A DNA stretch of 64,000 bases, taken from NCBI GenBank assembly GCA_047495785.1, contig JBLDXI010000046.1:1488001-1552000 (forward strand), written 5' to 3'. Positions within the stretch are counted from its first letter, which is position 1, and every line of letters begins with the position of its first letter. The DNA comes from Lepidodermella squamata (taxonomy: Eukaryota > Animalia > Gastrotricha). Below, one piece after another: positions 1 through 12,054 of this stretch. The notes below the pieces were generated by a model, which worked only from the letters and a program-made list of their open reading frames with translations, searched no databases and had not been told where the DNA came from. Both the position numbers and the translations under genes were made by a program.

Positions 1-3000
1 GATATCGTCGTATCCGAGGTTCGATTTTTTAATTGGAAACTTTCGTGTTGCAAAATTCGATTTTTGCGCCTTCAATTTTTCGAAAATTGAAAATGTCACT
101 TTTTAAATTCGAATTCAATTTTTTTAAATCCAAAACTTGAAACATTTTTGAATTGACGACTTTATTCGCAGGTTTCGATGATTCGCGACATCCGCGAGCG
201 AGAAATTCGAATTTACACCGACGCTGGTCGTATTTCGCGGCCACTTCTCATCGCTCAAAACCAGCGATTACTGCTGAAACGGCACCACGTTCAAGACCTG
301 AAAATGCGCAGCCGGACGAATTTTGGCTGGCAAGAACTGCTGCAATCAGGCGTGGTCGAGTACATTGACTGCATGGAAGAAGAGACCATCATGTGCGCTA
401 TGACGCCCGAAGACTTACTCCCAGACGGCGTCTACTGCTCGTCGTACACGCACTGCGAAATCCACCCGTCGATGATTTTGGGCGTCTGCGCGTCGATCAT
501 TCCGTTTCCCGATCACAACCAGTCTCCGCGTAACACCTACCAGTCTGCTATGGGTAAACAGGCCCTTGGGGTCTACGTCACAAATTTCCACGTTCGCATG
601 GACACGCTTGCCCATGTGCTGTACTACCCTCAGAAGCCTCTGGCCACCACTCGAGCTATGGAATATTTGCGTTTCGCCGAGTTGCCGGCTGGTATCAATG
701 CCATTGCAGCTATTGCTTCATACACAGGCAAGTTATTTAGTTTCGGCCCAAAATTAAGTTTACAGCGCCCAGTTAGAGGCTAAAGCAAACTAAATTACGA
801 TTTGTTGACCCCAACTCGTAGTCGACTAGGCAGCAGAGGAGGTAGACCCTAGCACTACTGAAGTGTAAATCTGCTCCAGTGTCAGCTCCCGTTAGAGAAG
901 TACTAAACATACGGCATCAGATCCGAATTTGTTTTCTGATATTTCTCTTTGCAAATCGTATATTTCGAGTTGAGCAACTATGTAATTGAATTTGTTTTTC
1001 TCGTCTTAGGCTACAACCAAGAAGATTCAGTCATTTTGAACGAATCAGCCGTTGATCGAGGCCTCTTCCGAACCTTTTTCTTGCGTTCTTTCAACGAAGC
1101 TGAAGCGTCTGTCGGCCTCGAGCAAGAAGAGCGCATCGAACGCCCGACTCGAAACGACACTCTGGGCATGAAAAATTCGTGCTACGACAAGTTGGAAGAA
1201 GACGGTATTGTCGCACCAGGCACTCGTGTTTCCGGCGATGACGTGCTTATCGGCAAAACCGTGACTCTACCGCCGGCTAACGATATGGGCGGAGTCGAAA
1301 ACACAATCGCTAAAAAATTCACGAAACGTGACGCGTCTGTCTACATGAAACACAGCGAGACTGGCATTGTCGACCAAGTCCTGATGACGATCAATTCCGA
1401 CGGTTTCCGTTTCGTGAAAGTCCGCGTTCGATCGGTTCGAATTCCGCAAATCGGCGACAAATTTGCGTCTCGCCACGGTCAAAAAGGTACGTGCGGCATG
1501 CGGTACCGCCAGGAAGACATGCCGTTCTCAGCCGAGGGCATTGCGCCCGATATCATCGTCAACCCTCACGCTATCCCGTCTCGCATGACAGTCGGGCATT
1601 TGATCGAGTGCCTGCAGTCGAAGGTTGCGTCGATGAAGGGCGAAATGGGCGATGCGACGCCGTTCAACGATACGGTCAACGTACAAAAAATCAGCAATCT
1701 ACTGCACGATTTCGGCTATCAGTGCCGCGGCAACGAGGTTCTGATGAACGGCTTCACTGGGCGCAAGTTGAATGTTCAAATCTACCTGGGTCCGACCTAT
1801 TACCAGCGTCTGCGTCACATGGTAAGTGCTTTTTGAGTGTTTCAATTTCATCGCGGGCGTAATTTCGTACGTACCCACAATTACAGTAGCAGAAGCATGG
1901 AATAGAATTAAAGTTTACTATCGAAATTTTTGCTTTAAGCGAGCAATATGTATCTGAAGTTGTCTACACTTGTTAGAACCGTGATGACGATTAAGAGTGA
2001 GAAATCGCTTCTCGGGATTACGGAGACGGATCCTGTGTTAAAAGGTTTCAGCAGTAACGGTGCAGAGAAGATTGTCTCATATCTCCGTTGAATAGCGGGA
2101 ATAGCGTTAGGAGCAGAATATCTGAAATCGCAGAATAATCACTCATGTAGTATTTACTCGGGAATCGGTAAGAATTTCGGCAAGTCATAGTTGTGGCATC
2201 CGCCGGGGCCTAGAGGACGTCTCGCTTGTTCGAGGCGAATGGTGGGTTTCGTTTCTGCGGCGTCCAAGTGTAGTACCGGAATGGGATCATTTCTTTCACG
2301 CGAATATTTCGTCGTTGTTGCGTTCCTCAAGTAGTAGTACTTTCGTAATCGCATTTCCCTGCGATGTCCGCGGCTGAGCTGAATAAAACAAAATTGTTCA
2401 AGAGGAGATACCTTTTGGACAGCCAGCTGATCGTCAGTGCCCATCGAAATTTGTTCCTCTTCAAACAGCGTGGTTTGCTTGTTGCTGTTCGTGATTAGAA
2501 CGACAAGAGTGTTGAGATTCGACACCGTTTTGCTAAAAAGAGCGAACATTTTTGCTGATTTGACAACGACCAGTTGAAGGTTGAAGCTTTGTAACAATGT
2601 ATGTAGACGAGGTGATTCTCTGGAACTTGTTCATCACGAATCAGCTTTTGAACTCCGTTGTTGCAGCCTGAATAAGCAGCAGCGTCATCGAAACCACGCG
2701 AAGCTATTTTTTCGATTGTTGAATTCGCGTTGCTAAGTTGGACCTTAAGGGAAGGTTCCTCTTAAATTTGACGTCACGTCAAACGTCAAGTTCACCTAGA
2801 TATCATCGGGTGGTGGCGTTGAAATCGCAGCTGAGTGGAGATAGGAAGAATAAAAAAAGAGAACGGCCAACTGTGAGCATAACAAATGGCCTTGTTTGTT
2901 AGCTATTAAGCTATGAAAGGTTTATTTATTTACCTGAGAAGGTATTGCGCGAGGTCTTGGCGGATTCTTGAAGGATTCTCCTCTAGCATGTTTTGAAAGT

Positions 3001-4861
3001 GACGACAATCATCGAACTTTTTGGGAAGGCAAAATTTAACAACTTGATTGATGGAATACATCAATTGAAAGGTTTATTTATTTACCTGAGAAGGTATTGC
3101 GCGAGGTCTTGGCGGATTCTTGAAGGATTCTCCTCTAGCATGTTTTGAAAGTGACGACAATCATCGAACTTTTTGGGAAGGCAAAATTTAACAACTTGAT
3201 TGATGGAATACATCAATTGAAAGGTTTATTTATTTACCTGAGAAGGTATTGCGCGAGGTCTTGGCGGATTCTTGAAGGATTCTCCTCTAGCATGTTTTGA
3301 AAGTGACGACAATCATCGAACTTTTTGGGAAGGCAAAATTTAACAACTTGATTGATGGAATACATCAATTGAAAGGTTTATTTATTTACCTGAGAAGGTA
3401 TTGCGCGAGGTCTTGGCGGATTCTTGAAGGATCCTCCTTTAGCATGTTTTGAAAGTGACGACAATCATCGAACTTTTTGGGGTCGGCAAAATTTAACAAC
3501 TTCCAAATATCCTCCGGATTATTCTGGAACGGAGTACCAGTCACTAGAATGCGATATTCACTCAGTCGCTCTAAATAAGAAAATTCCGTGTTTTTCAGCC
3601 GATGGGCCTCGTCGATGACCAACGTGGCCCATTCAACAGATTTGAACAATTCAGTATCCTTTACTGATTCAACGGTTGTGATCAACACGTTGAATTTCAT
3701 AATATGGTTAATATGGAGACGACAATCATCGAACTTTTTGGGGTCGGCAAAATTTAACAACTTGATTGATGCCCAGCAGACTTGTCCGACCGACTGACAG
3801 TCATGGGAAAAAGTGCAATCATGACTAGCAATTTTACAAGTTTTTTAACTGCGAAAAAGTTATTTCTTGAAAATCGATGTTTTGACTTTATAATTTTATT
3901 CTTCGCGATGAATGAACAAGCTCGAATTAGCCGACGGAAAATTCGAATGAATACATACGTTGTATTCGGAGCTGTATCCCGGTAAATCCTGTCGTGCCTC
4001 TCGGTCGCCTCCTCGCCTCTTCGCGGCTCGCTCTAGCAGCTCTCGATCGCGCGGCGGTTAATGAGTGAAATTAAAGTCAATTTTAATTTTTCGATGGCGT
4101 CCGAGACTGCGCCGATGGCTTGGCCCTATCGCGATAGTTTCTCAAAATTACAAAATAAAACAGAAGAACAAAGAAAATTGAGACAAAGTTCAGAGTAGTG
4201 GTCGTCGTAGTTATCGAAGTGATGACAATTTAGACCACTTCGGCTGTAGTTTTGTTTTCAGGAATACTGATGATGATAGTCGGGGAAGTACCGAACGAGG
4301 AATGTTTTATTCTGTGTCATTTTTTGTAGCTAGTGTTGAAATTTTTCATAATTTGACTGTTTCGTTTAACTTTTTATAAATAAATTTTCAAAACTACACG
4401 GCTATAAAAGCAAAATTAAAAAAGGGATTGTCCCACGTATTTTCGAATTTTTCAGTATTGCAAAATTTTAATAAAAAATGTGACGTTAAATTTTTCAGGT
4501 CGATGACAAAGTGCACTCTCGAGCTCGAGGTCCGGTGCAAATCCTGAACCGGCAGCCTATGGAGGGTCGGTCACGTGACGGTGGGCTGCGTTTCGGTGAG
4601 ATGGAGCGCGATTGTCAGATCGCCCACGGCGCCGCTCAATTCCTGCGCGAGCGGCTGTTCGAAGTCTCGGATCCTTACCGCGTGCACGTTTGCAACGCCT
4701 GCGGCCTGGTGGCCGTCGCCAATTTGTCACTGCAGACCTTCGAATGCCGAAGCTGCAAGCAGTCGACGCAAATATCGCAAATCCGGTTGCCATACGCGTG
4801 CAAGCTGTTATTCCAAGAGCTCATGTCGATGGCGATTGCGCCGCGAATTATGGTCAACTGA
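1..4861 (+). CDS. RPB2: DNA-directed RNA polymerase II subunit RPB2, 3' part (exons <1-18, 172-727, 1010-1821, 4499-4861)
   Basis: Motifs [50 protein letters not shown]|[32 protein letters not shown]. Exons join in frame; the second intron is GC-AG. Confidence 0.98.
2175..2380 (-). pseudogene. Degenerate FLYWCH/WRKY-like zinc-finger fragment (possibly Mutator-derived)
   Basis: [24 protein letters not shown]...LHLD...GCHNYD resembles the FLYWCH pattern, but the Cys ligands are lost. Confidence 0.3.
2440..2743 (-). mobile_element. Decayed hAT (ZMYM1/PRKRIR-like) transposase fragment
   Basis: Minus strand reads [37 protein letters not shown], then after a frameshift [11 protein letters not shown]...SNKQTTLF. 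This matches the hAT pattern RGQGYDGA..MSG...GVQ.LI.....YVHC.AH.LNLV. Confidence 0.75.
2915..3508 (-). repeat. 152-bp tandem repeat (3 identical copies plus source copy) of a CHD-helicase exon end with its splice donor
   Basis: tacctgagaagg recurs at 2931, 3083, 3235 and 3387. The unit encodes ...[22 protein letters not shown]|gtaaat; the copies carry a 1-nt deletion relative to the source. Confidence 0.95.
3386..3770 (-). pseudogene. SNF2/CHD-family helicase fragment nested antisense in the RPB2 intron
   Basis: FNVLITT..., [30 protein letters not shown] motifs. [14 protein letters not shown] is internally duplicated, and motif I and the C-terminal helicase domain are absent. Confidence 0.85.
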
Positions 4862-5368
4862 CCAACTGATACTTGAACTCTTTCTTTAGCGTGTCTTTTA
4901 CTCCTTGCTCATATGTAAACCTTTTATTCGTGAAAGGTTCGTTCACACAATTTCTTGATGACCGATGATTTTGATGCGCAATTCCGGTTGATAACAACAT
5001 TTTCGGGCAATAAATCAGTGTTTTTATGTTGAAAAGAAATGAGATGTTTGAAACTGAAACTGACTTCTTAACTGATCGTTCCATGCGACGGCTGAAAATT
5101 CACGGGAACAAAGACCATAGTCGAATAATCGTCGCACCTGAATGATCGCCGCCAGCCAAAACCCAGTAGATTTTCGAGCAATTTGCTCCAAAATCCGATT
5201 TTAGAGCTATTGCTTAAAAATCTAGACTTTTAGGCCAAAACGCTATTTGCTCCACTTTCTACGACATATACTCTGATTATTGCCATTTTAATTTTTATTG
5301 AATCGTTTTTCAAAATTAATTTAGGATAATGATACGTTGGCAACAATGCCCACATGACGCTCGATATA

Positions 5369-5548
5369 CAGGGTGGCCACATAAGTCCGCAGAGCGGGAA
5401 TTCGATGCGCATCAGTTTAATGAGGAGTTTCAAGAAATTGAGGAACTCCATTGGCAAAAGAATGCTTGAAATTCTTCAACTTCTTAACACTCCTCATTAA
5501 ACTGATGCGCATCGAATTCCCGCTCTGCGGAATTTTTTGGCCACCCTG
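5369..5548. mobile_element. Tc1/mariner-type MITE, 180 bp palindrome with TA TSD
   Basis: TA|CAGGGTGGCCA...TGGCCACCCTG|TA, with long internal inverted arms. Confidence 0.85.
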
Positions 5549-5863
5549 TAATATATAGAAGAAGTGCTCAGTTTTCCTCATAATATTAGCATTGTGCGCG
5601 TTGTAAATAGCCGCTACTGCGAGTAAAGGCGAGTGAGTTTTGACGCGCCTACGACGATATCAGGTGGCGTTACAAACTACGAACCTAACGAAGCTACCGA
5701 AGTAATTACCGAATATTTGCAATTTTTTCCTTTCAAAGACTGAGCGAGGTTCATATTAACCATAGAAGGAAATGTTTGTTATTTTTTCATTATGTATTTC
5801 CACCCATTAGAAAGGTTATGACAAAGCTGAAAGCTGAGAATCCAATATTCGAACAGACCAGCT

Positions 5864-8164
5864 CTAGCTCACGTTTACACTGGAAATCTTGACAGAAAGC
5901 ATTTTGAAGACAGGTAATAAAGTGCCTATCGATGATGTCACAGCAAGATATAAGGATATGAAAGCTAGGATCTCATTTCTTTGAACAGCATTAGGACGCA
6001 TTGCGACAGCTATCAGAGTAGCCGCCAGAATAGTTGTTAAACCATTCACCAAGCTAGCTCGAAGAGATGGCAAAGTCGGTAGAAATTGTTTGCCCTCGGA
6101 CATTTTCCCGATACAATATGCTGAATAAGAGCCAGCCAACAACGCAATCACATTGGATGCCCCGAGAACCGCTAAAAGCTCCTTGGAATAAAGGGTGCTG
6201 CAGTCAAACTCTTTCGTTAAAATCTGAGTGTCGTCCTCTATGAAATAAAAGTCACGCTGGGTTTGCAGTTGGCACGAAATGCCACCGGCAGCGAGCCAAA
6301 TAGAGGCTACCAACAAGTTCGAAAACGAAAACGCCAAAGCGGACACTACACTAGTTTTAGCGACTCTTCGAGTGTTCTGAATGATTTTCTCAGGCAGTGA
6401 ATCAGTTGTTGATTTTCTCATGGATTTTCTCAGTCGCGATTTGCGTCGCAAGTTCATCTTTGCCTTTTTCAACAAGCTCTGGTGAGTTGCGATTGCGTAA
6501 GCAGCGAAAGTTCCATTAACAAGCGACAGTCCAGCAAATAGAAAAAGGAAACTTGCGATAGAGAAAGCTCGATAGAAACTTACAGATTTCTCAGTAACAA
6601 ATGGCAGCATTAAAAAAATCGGGACCAGACATAACAGCGAAACGCCGCTCAAGGTAGTAAGCTTCCATTTTGTAATTGGCTCTCGTAAAGAATCGCTGAA
6701 AACGAAATAGACCATGGCAGTGATCAAACTCAGAGAAAAAACTACAGCGATGGCTATAGCTGAATATATAACGGCTGGGCTAATAGACTTCGAAGTTTCG
6801 TCACGACGATTCCTCTCATCCGCGGGTGGCTTCCCCGCCGGAAACGTATAGAGCACATCCCCGACTGGAATGGTTTCATAATCGCTAAAGTTATTGCCCG
6901 TCGCATTTTGCTTGAATTTAATGGAGTAAACGGTTCTTTGCCCGGCATTCGGGGTCCAGGTCAAGATACTTTGAGCGTCATTATCGACCTCTACTGTCGG
7001 ACCGTAGAAAAACCTGCCGATTCGTAGTCCGTTTACATCTAGTTTTCGAAGCGATTCATTTACGATCCGCATCATCAAACCTTGGTTGAGGGTTGTTTCC
7101 CTAAAAGAAGTGTTCCATTCACGAAGAAGTCGCTTGTTAGCTCCATCTAAGGCCATGATCCCGCCGAAAATGTTGTCATGGAACATGAAACGGACCGGGT
7201 AATCAATGGTTCTTGTAATTTTCAGATTATTCTTGACCAGACTAGCTTCAAGGTCCTGACTGCTGTATCCAAGCGAAGAATTTAGCACTTCTTCTGGGGT
7301 AACCTGTTGGGTTGTGAATAGCGTATATTTCATAGCATTAAATATGGTCTCGCGGCTACAGTCTGGGAAAGGATCCTCGGGTATGATCTCAGGAGGGTAG
7401 AAATTATTCCCATTAGTGATCAGCACGTACCTTGGCCCAAGCATTCCTTCTCGATTCAGCTCGCAAATCAAATTCCAAAACAAAAGTCTATTCGATGATG
7501 CGTAGAGTATGAATATCCTTAAATCTCGTTCTTTTAAGGTAGAAATAGTTTCAGCGGTTACTTGTAATATCACGTCGAAAACTGGAAGTGAGACACCGGC
7601 TTCAATCGCTATGTCATGGATTTTAACTGAAGCTGAGTAGTCGTTCAAATTCAATGGGGAAGTTAGAAGACCAACTCTCTTCCATTTCCCAACATCTTTG
7701 ACAAAACGAATTATCCCGATCGCTATAGCGTTCCCGGTTGAGAGAAGGAGATACAGATTAGGGTATAGATTCCGATTTGTTAAACTCGAGGCCGCACATC
7801 CCGTAGATAACGAAACCATGTTAAGATGGTGAAGTATAGGCCCGACGGCTTTACAAGCGTTAGACATAGCAGGGCCGATAACTAGCGGCGTCATTGGGTG
7901 GCTTTCGTAAATTTGCATCAGCCTCTCAACTGCATAAACTCCGCCGGGTCCTTCGTCGTAAAACGTCAGTTTAATCTTGTAATTTGGGAGTATATCACTG
8001 CGATTATTAATAACGTTGGCAACATAATTGGCTACTGCTTGAAATGTGCTGTTCTCGTTTGATCCAACAAGGGCTATGACAGGCAAGTTCAGAATAAATT
8101 GCTTATTGCAAGTGGCTATTTCAGCGAGAATAGTCAAAATGCTGAATTTATAGAAAAACCGCAT
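5864..8164 (-). CDS. Intronless class C GPCR, divergent GABA-B receptor-like (Venus flytrap + 7TM)
   Basis: 766-aa ORF with a signal peptide, ANF-receptor motifs (INNRSDILPNYKI, VIGPAMS, LSTGCAASSLTNRNLYPNL, KWKRVGLL) and seven hydrophobic helices; no Cys-rich domain. Confidence 0.85.
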   Translation of the reverse strand: MRFFYKFSILTILAEIATCNKQFILNLPVIALVGSNENSTFQAVANYVANVINNRSDILPNYKIKLTFYDEGPGGVYAVERLMQIYESHPMTPLVIGPAMSNACKAVGPILHHLNMVSLSTGCAASSLTNRNLYPNLYLLLSTGNAIAIGIIRFVKDVGKWKRVGLLTSPLNLNDYSASVKIHDIAIEAGVSLPVFDVILQVTAETISTLKERDLRIFILYASSNRLLFWNLICELNREGMLGPRYVLITNGNNFYPPEIIPEDPFPDCSRETIFNAMKYTLFTTQQVTPEEVLNSSLGYSSQDLEASLVKNNLKITRTIDYPVRFMFHDNIFGGIMALDGANKRLLREWNTSFRETTLNQGLMMRIVNESLRKLDVNGLRIGRFFYGPTVEVDNDAQSILTWTPNAGQRTVYSIKFKQNATGNNFSDYETIPVGDVLYTFPAGKPPADERNRRDETSKSISPAVIYSAIAIAVVFSLSLITAMVYFVFSDSLREPITKWKLTTLSGVSLLCLVPIFLMLPFVTEKSVSFYRAFSIASFLFLFAGLSLVNGTFAAYAIATHQSLLKKAKMNLRRKSRLRKSMRKSTTDSLPEKIIQNTRRVAKTSVVSALAFSFSNLLVASIWLAAGGISCQLQTQRDFYFIEDDTQILTKEFDCSTLYSKELLAVLGASNVIALLAGSYSAYCIGKMSEGKQFLPTLPSLRASLVNGLTTILAATLIAVAMRPNAVQRNEILAFISLYLAVTSSIGTLLPVFKMLSVKISSVNVS

Positions 8165-8536
8165 AAGTACAGTAATTTCGGAAAAATTATTTTAAGATTG
8201 CGTGATTATGTGGTCAGTGGTCACATCGCAGAAGCTATATATACCAGTTATTAGCTCTGGACTGAAGACATGCTCGTATCAGCTTTCCCGGCGCTGGCTA
8301 ATGGAAATCATGTGGTTTTCCCTGTCTTCAGCTAATCATCCGCCAAGACATCGTTCGAGTACGTGCCTTCTGCCTAATTAAAAAAAAACACACTCAAGCA
8401 GTATGTTCAGGTTGCCAAATACCCGCTGCGTACACTAACTAACTCCTAAGATTATCGGAGTGAATTGTTTGTATTTGAATTGATGAGATAAATAAAGAGT
8501 CTGAATCACTGGTCTGAAATTATTTCCTAGGTCGAT

Positions 8537-9272
8537 TACCATCGTTTGGGGGTGAAATGGGCACTTGGGGCGATTTGGCCGAAAATTGACGTCATTACAT
8601 TACTTTCGGTAGCTCATAGACTGTAAGGCTGAAAAAAATTGTGCAGGTGATCTTCAACAGACCCACTACATCTGTGAATATGTTCAGCCAGTAATGTCCC
8701 AAAATGAGGTCACGACAAGCCAGTATTTACAGGTGAGTTTAGGCGGGTAAAAACGACCCATATGAATTGAATTATGTGAAACCAATCGAAAAGCTTTGTG
8801 TTCAGATGACATTTTTTTCCTTCTGTCATACTTGTCTGCAATATCAGGAAGCTAGAACCTTTAGCTCTAGCCGGCGATGCTTACAGACGAGCACAAGTTT
8901 TAGAGTAAACCTTTTTTTCGAAAATGCTTGTTGAAACCAAAGGGCAGAATTCCAACTGAGAATTCTTCTAGCTAGAGAAAGTCTGAAATTCTACAGAGCG
9001 GAAAAACCAGTTCTGATCTCATTGCAAAATCGCGGGGTTTATATAGGCTGGGACCCTAGTACTCTGCGGTGTTTTGTAATTGAGTTGGCTCCTAGCCAAA
9101 TCACTTAAATTACTGGGCTTTAGATGAGTCATCTTTGACATTTTGGCTGTGGTCCAAGAAAACATCAATCCTCACTCTTTGTCACACTTTTCATCAGTTC
9201 TTGGGGTTTTTTTGAAGGGTCATTAAGCTCAGAATCCAGCCAACCTACTCCCAACCGACCCAAACTTCGGTT
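8537..9272. mobile_element. Possible old non-autonomous DNA transposon
   Basis: Degenerate inverted ends ttaccatcgtttggg / cccaaacttcggtta; non-coding interior. Confidence 0.3.
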
Positions 9273-9357
9273 ATGCTACACTATCAGAGCCATTTTATTG
9301 CGATGCAATCAATAAAACTTGAAGACATCGATTTATGTGTTGTTTGTTATTTTTCAG

Positions 9358-9988
9358 TTAAATTGACCGCCGCCGTTGATCGTAACATATTCGATTAGCG
9401 CCCGTAATTACGCGCTCATCGTCGCAGCACGTCGAATACCTGCTGTCGTAAGTTGACTTGCCGCAACACGGCAACGTGCCGACGTTCAACTTGCCGTCAC
9501 AGCACGAGTAAAGCGCCGGGTCGTAGGCGAACGTGCCGCAGCATGACTTATTCGACCCAGTGTTAATCACGCCGTTGCAACACGTCGCCAGCCTCGGGTT
9601 GTACGTCGATGTCCCGCAACACGATTTATTCGGTTCGTTGACAATTCGGCCGTTGCAGCAAGTCTGCGTTGCTGGGTCGTATTGAACAGCATCGCAACAG
9701 GGCGTGTCTTTCCCGCCTATCAGTTGGTTATTGCAACACGTGAACAGGTTCGAATCGTAAGTTTTCCACCCGCAGCATGGCAGGTTTTTGCCGGAATGTA
9801 ACACACCACTACAACAGGTGTACAAATTTCTGTTGTACTTATCGTTCAAGCATGCTTGAGAGACAAAAAAATCATAATTATTTCTCTAAAATGTGTAGGG
9901 TGAATACAGCAAATTTACCTGCTTCAGACATTTCGATCAAGAAAATGCTTAGTAAGAAAAATATTTCGAAAATTACTTTATCAACCAT
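9358..9988 (-). CDS. Galaxin-like secreted Cys-rich repeat protein (exons 9988-9919, 9854-9358)
   Basis: Signal-peptide exon followed by tandem di-Cys repeats (CCG..YD....TCCNG); in-frame phase-1 splice. Confidence 0.85.
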
Positions 9989-10179
9989 TATTTGATGGAT
10001 AGACAAACCTTTTGAAAGTATATTAAAACCAGCAGTTGGTGTAAAAAATTCGTGCTCTAAATACGAATGTGAAATTCTCGAAAAAGCTTGAGCAAACATT
10101 TACTTTTCCTCGTTGAACTTCCACCGAGCAACACAGTAGCGTTTTTCGGTTCATCGCTGACAGTTTAAACTCGTCATTA

Positions 10180-11620
10180 TTTCATTACCCGAGGGTTTAT
10201 TTCAAAAAATCCAAATAATAATAATACAAAAATGGCGATGCGAAAAATAGAAAATTATTAAGTTGGAAAATTAGGCGGGGTAAAAGTGGGCATGCTAACC
10301 TTGCTCTGTCAGTTGCTTGAAAATAATATTGCTTTTCTACCTTCTAATTAAATTTGCGATCCAAGTCACGCTTTAATGTCGTACATCCTGATCGGCGCGG
10401 GTCTTAAAGTATGCTCTACTATTTTTTCTTATCGAATATAGCCAATATATAGGACGAGTTGCCTTTAATATATATAGCATGCTACCTGTTGAAACTACAA
10501 AAACCTAAATAGATTAAGTACCCGCCGTCCCGTCGCTTTCGATTCTCGAAATTTGGTCATTTATTGGATCCAAGTACACAGGTGGTATTTTGTAAAAAAA
10601 AATTGAAAAAATCAATTCAATTCAATGGCGCAATAAAAACGAGGCCGCGGCATTGAATTTCATTCACTTTAATTCTCACTTCGCAGTAAAATTCCGAAAA
10701 TTGTTAAACGAAGTGACTGGTTTCCAGCTTAAAAACGTCCAATTGCTATGGTCGCAGTTCAGGGAATTGCGAGCCGTTCAATATCGGCGATCTCGTCTAG
10801 CTTCATGTGCCAAGTAAAACCGGCCCGATGTGATCCCGAAATTCGCCTCTCGCTACAAGGGTCCTTATTCTGTCGTTTCTCGCCTGTTGCCTACGCTATT
10901 CGTTTCTTTGATCTATCTGTCCGTAATATCTTCGCCCATCGAAGCCGCCTCAAGCTGCCCTGTTTGCGCGATTACGCGACGGCTGATTGCTATTCGCAAG
11001 CGCGGCAGTAGACCCGCTCACTTCGTCACTCCGGCCACAATCGCCTGCTCGTCTATTTGACACTTTAGAGCTCGAAATTAAAAATTCCATTCAGCCAAAA
11101 ATGCTCAACTGGTCATGGGCTATCGAATGGTATCTGAAATTTTTATTTTTGCTCACTTTTCTCCGACGCATTTTTTAGTCGAAGATCGCTTGTAGAATGT
11201 CAATTTCCGACTCATTTTTTAGGTGCTGACCTTTTATATCACATGATTTTCTTTTATGTCTTTTACGTCACATCGGAGGTCGAAACTAAACATTCTATTC
11301 AGCCAAAAGTGTTGAACTAGTCATGAGCTATCGAATGGCATCTGAAATTTTGATTTTTGCTCACTTTTCTCCGACGCATTTTTCACTCAGCTGCCAGCTT
11401 GCTCCTGTGATAAAAATGTCAGTCAGTGGGTACATACACCGTATTTCGAAACGGCCGACCTCAGCCAGTTCGGGTACTAGAATGGCAAATTGCAATACAA
11501 CACCGAACACCGAAGAATCGCTTCACCACCATTAATATTAAAACATCATCAGCTCCGTCGCCTTGGGACAAATGGAAATGTTTCTCGAAACTTGGTATTG
11601 GAGAAGTTGGAAGAACCCAA
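10180..11620. repeat. Non-coding segment duplicated at ~14330-15730, with two internal ~170-bp subrepeats
   Basis: Long shared strings (agttggaaaattaggcggggtaaaagtgggc..., gcgcggcagtagacccgctcac..., cattcagccaaaaatg...). Confidence 0.85.
10763..10910 (+). mobile_element. Ty3/Gypsy integrase C-terminal GPY/F remnant
   Basis: FNIGDLV*LHVP...PKFASRYKGPYSVVSRL/SPVAYAI, read across a stop and frameshifts. Confidence 0.65.
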
Positions 11621-12054
11621 AAAGTGGCCGAAATAAAGGCGGGGTGTTCTATTCATCGCCTAAATGTTAATAATATAATTTGAGTAAGATCCTCAGCTGC
11701 TTGTCGAAAAATACAGCAATTTGAATGAATATAGTCGTGGGAGGAAAAAAATCATGAAATTCTTGAATATATTCGTCTCGCCCAGCATAACATAATTTTG
11801 CTGATCTGCTATACATTTCAACCGGTCATCGCGCACGGAAACGCGCGATGGCTGAAACAAAAACAGCCGGCAAAATTCTTCGTTCGAACTGCGTTTGGAC
11901 AGCGCGGTCACCTGGCGGGGAAACGCCACGAACTGATGAAGTATAGTGAAAACACAAGTCTAGAACATTTTTTTATTCCACTGGCTATTCATAGTAACAA
12001 TATTACGGATTTCGCAAAGAGTCTATTGCAAATCGGAGCGACGGTCTCTGCTCT

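Noticed and set aside
1981-2125. C/D box snoRNA (GTGATGA...CTGA) in the RPB2 intron
   Set aside because: No terminal stem or recognisable guide; the motifs are expected by chance.
2154-2597. 147-aa ORF as a real gene
   Set aside because: It is a chimeric read-through of hAT and FLYWCH-like remnants without a proper start.
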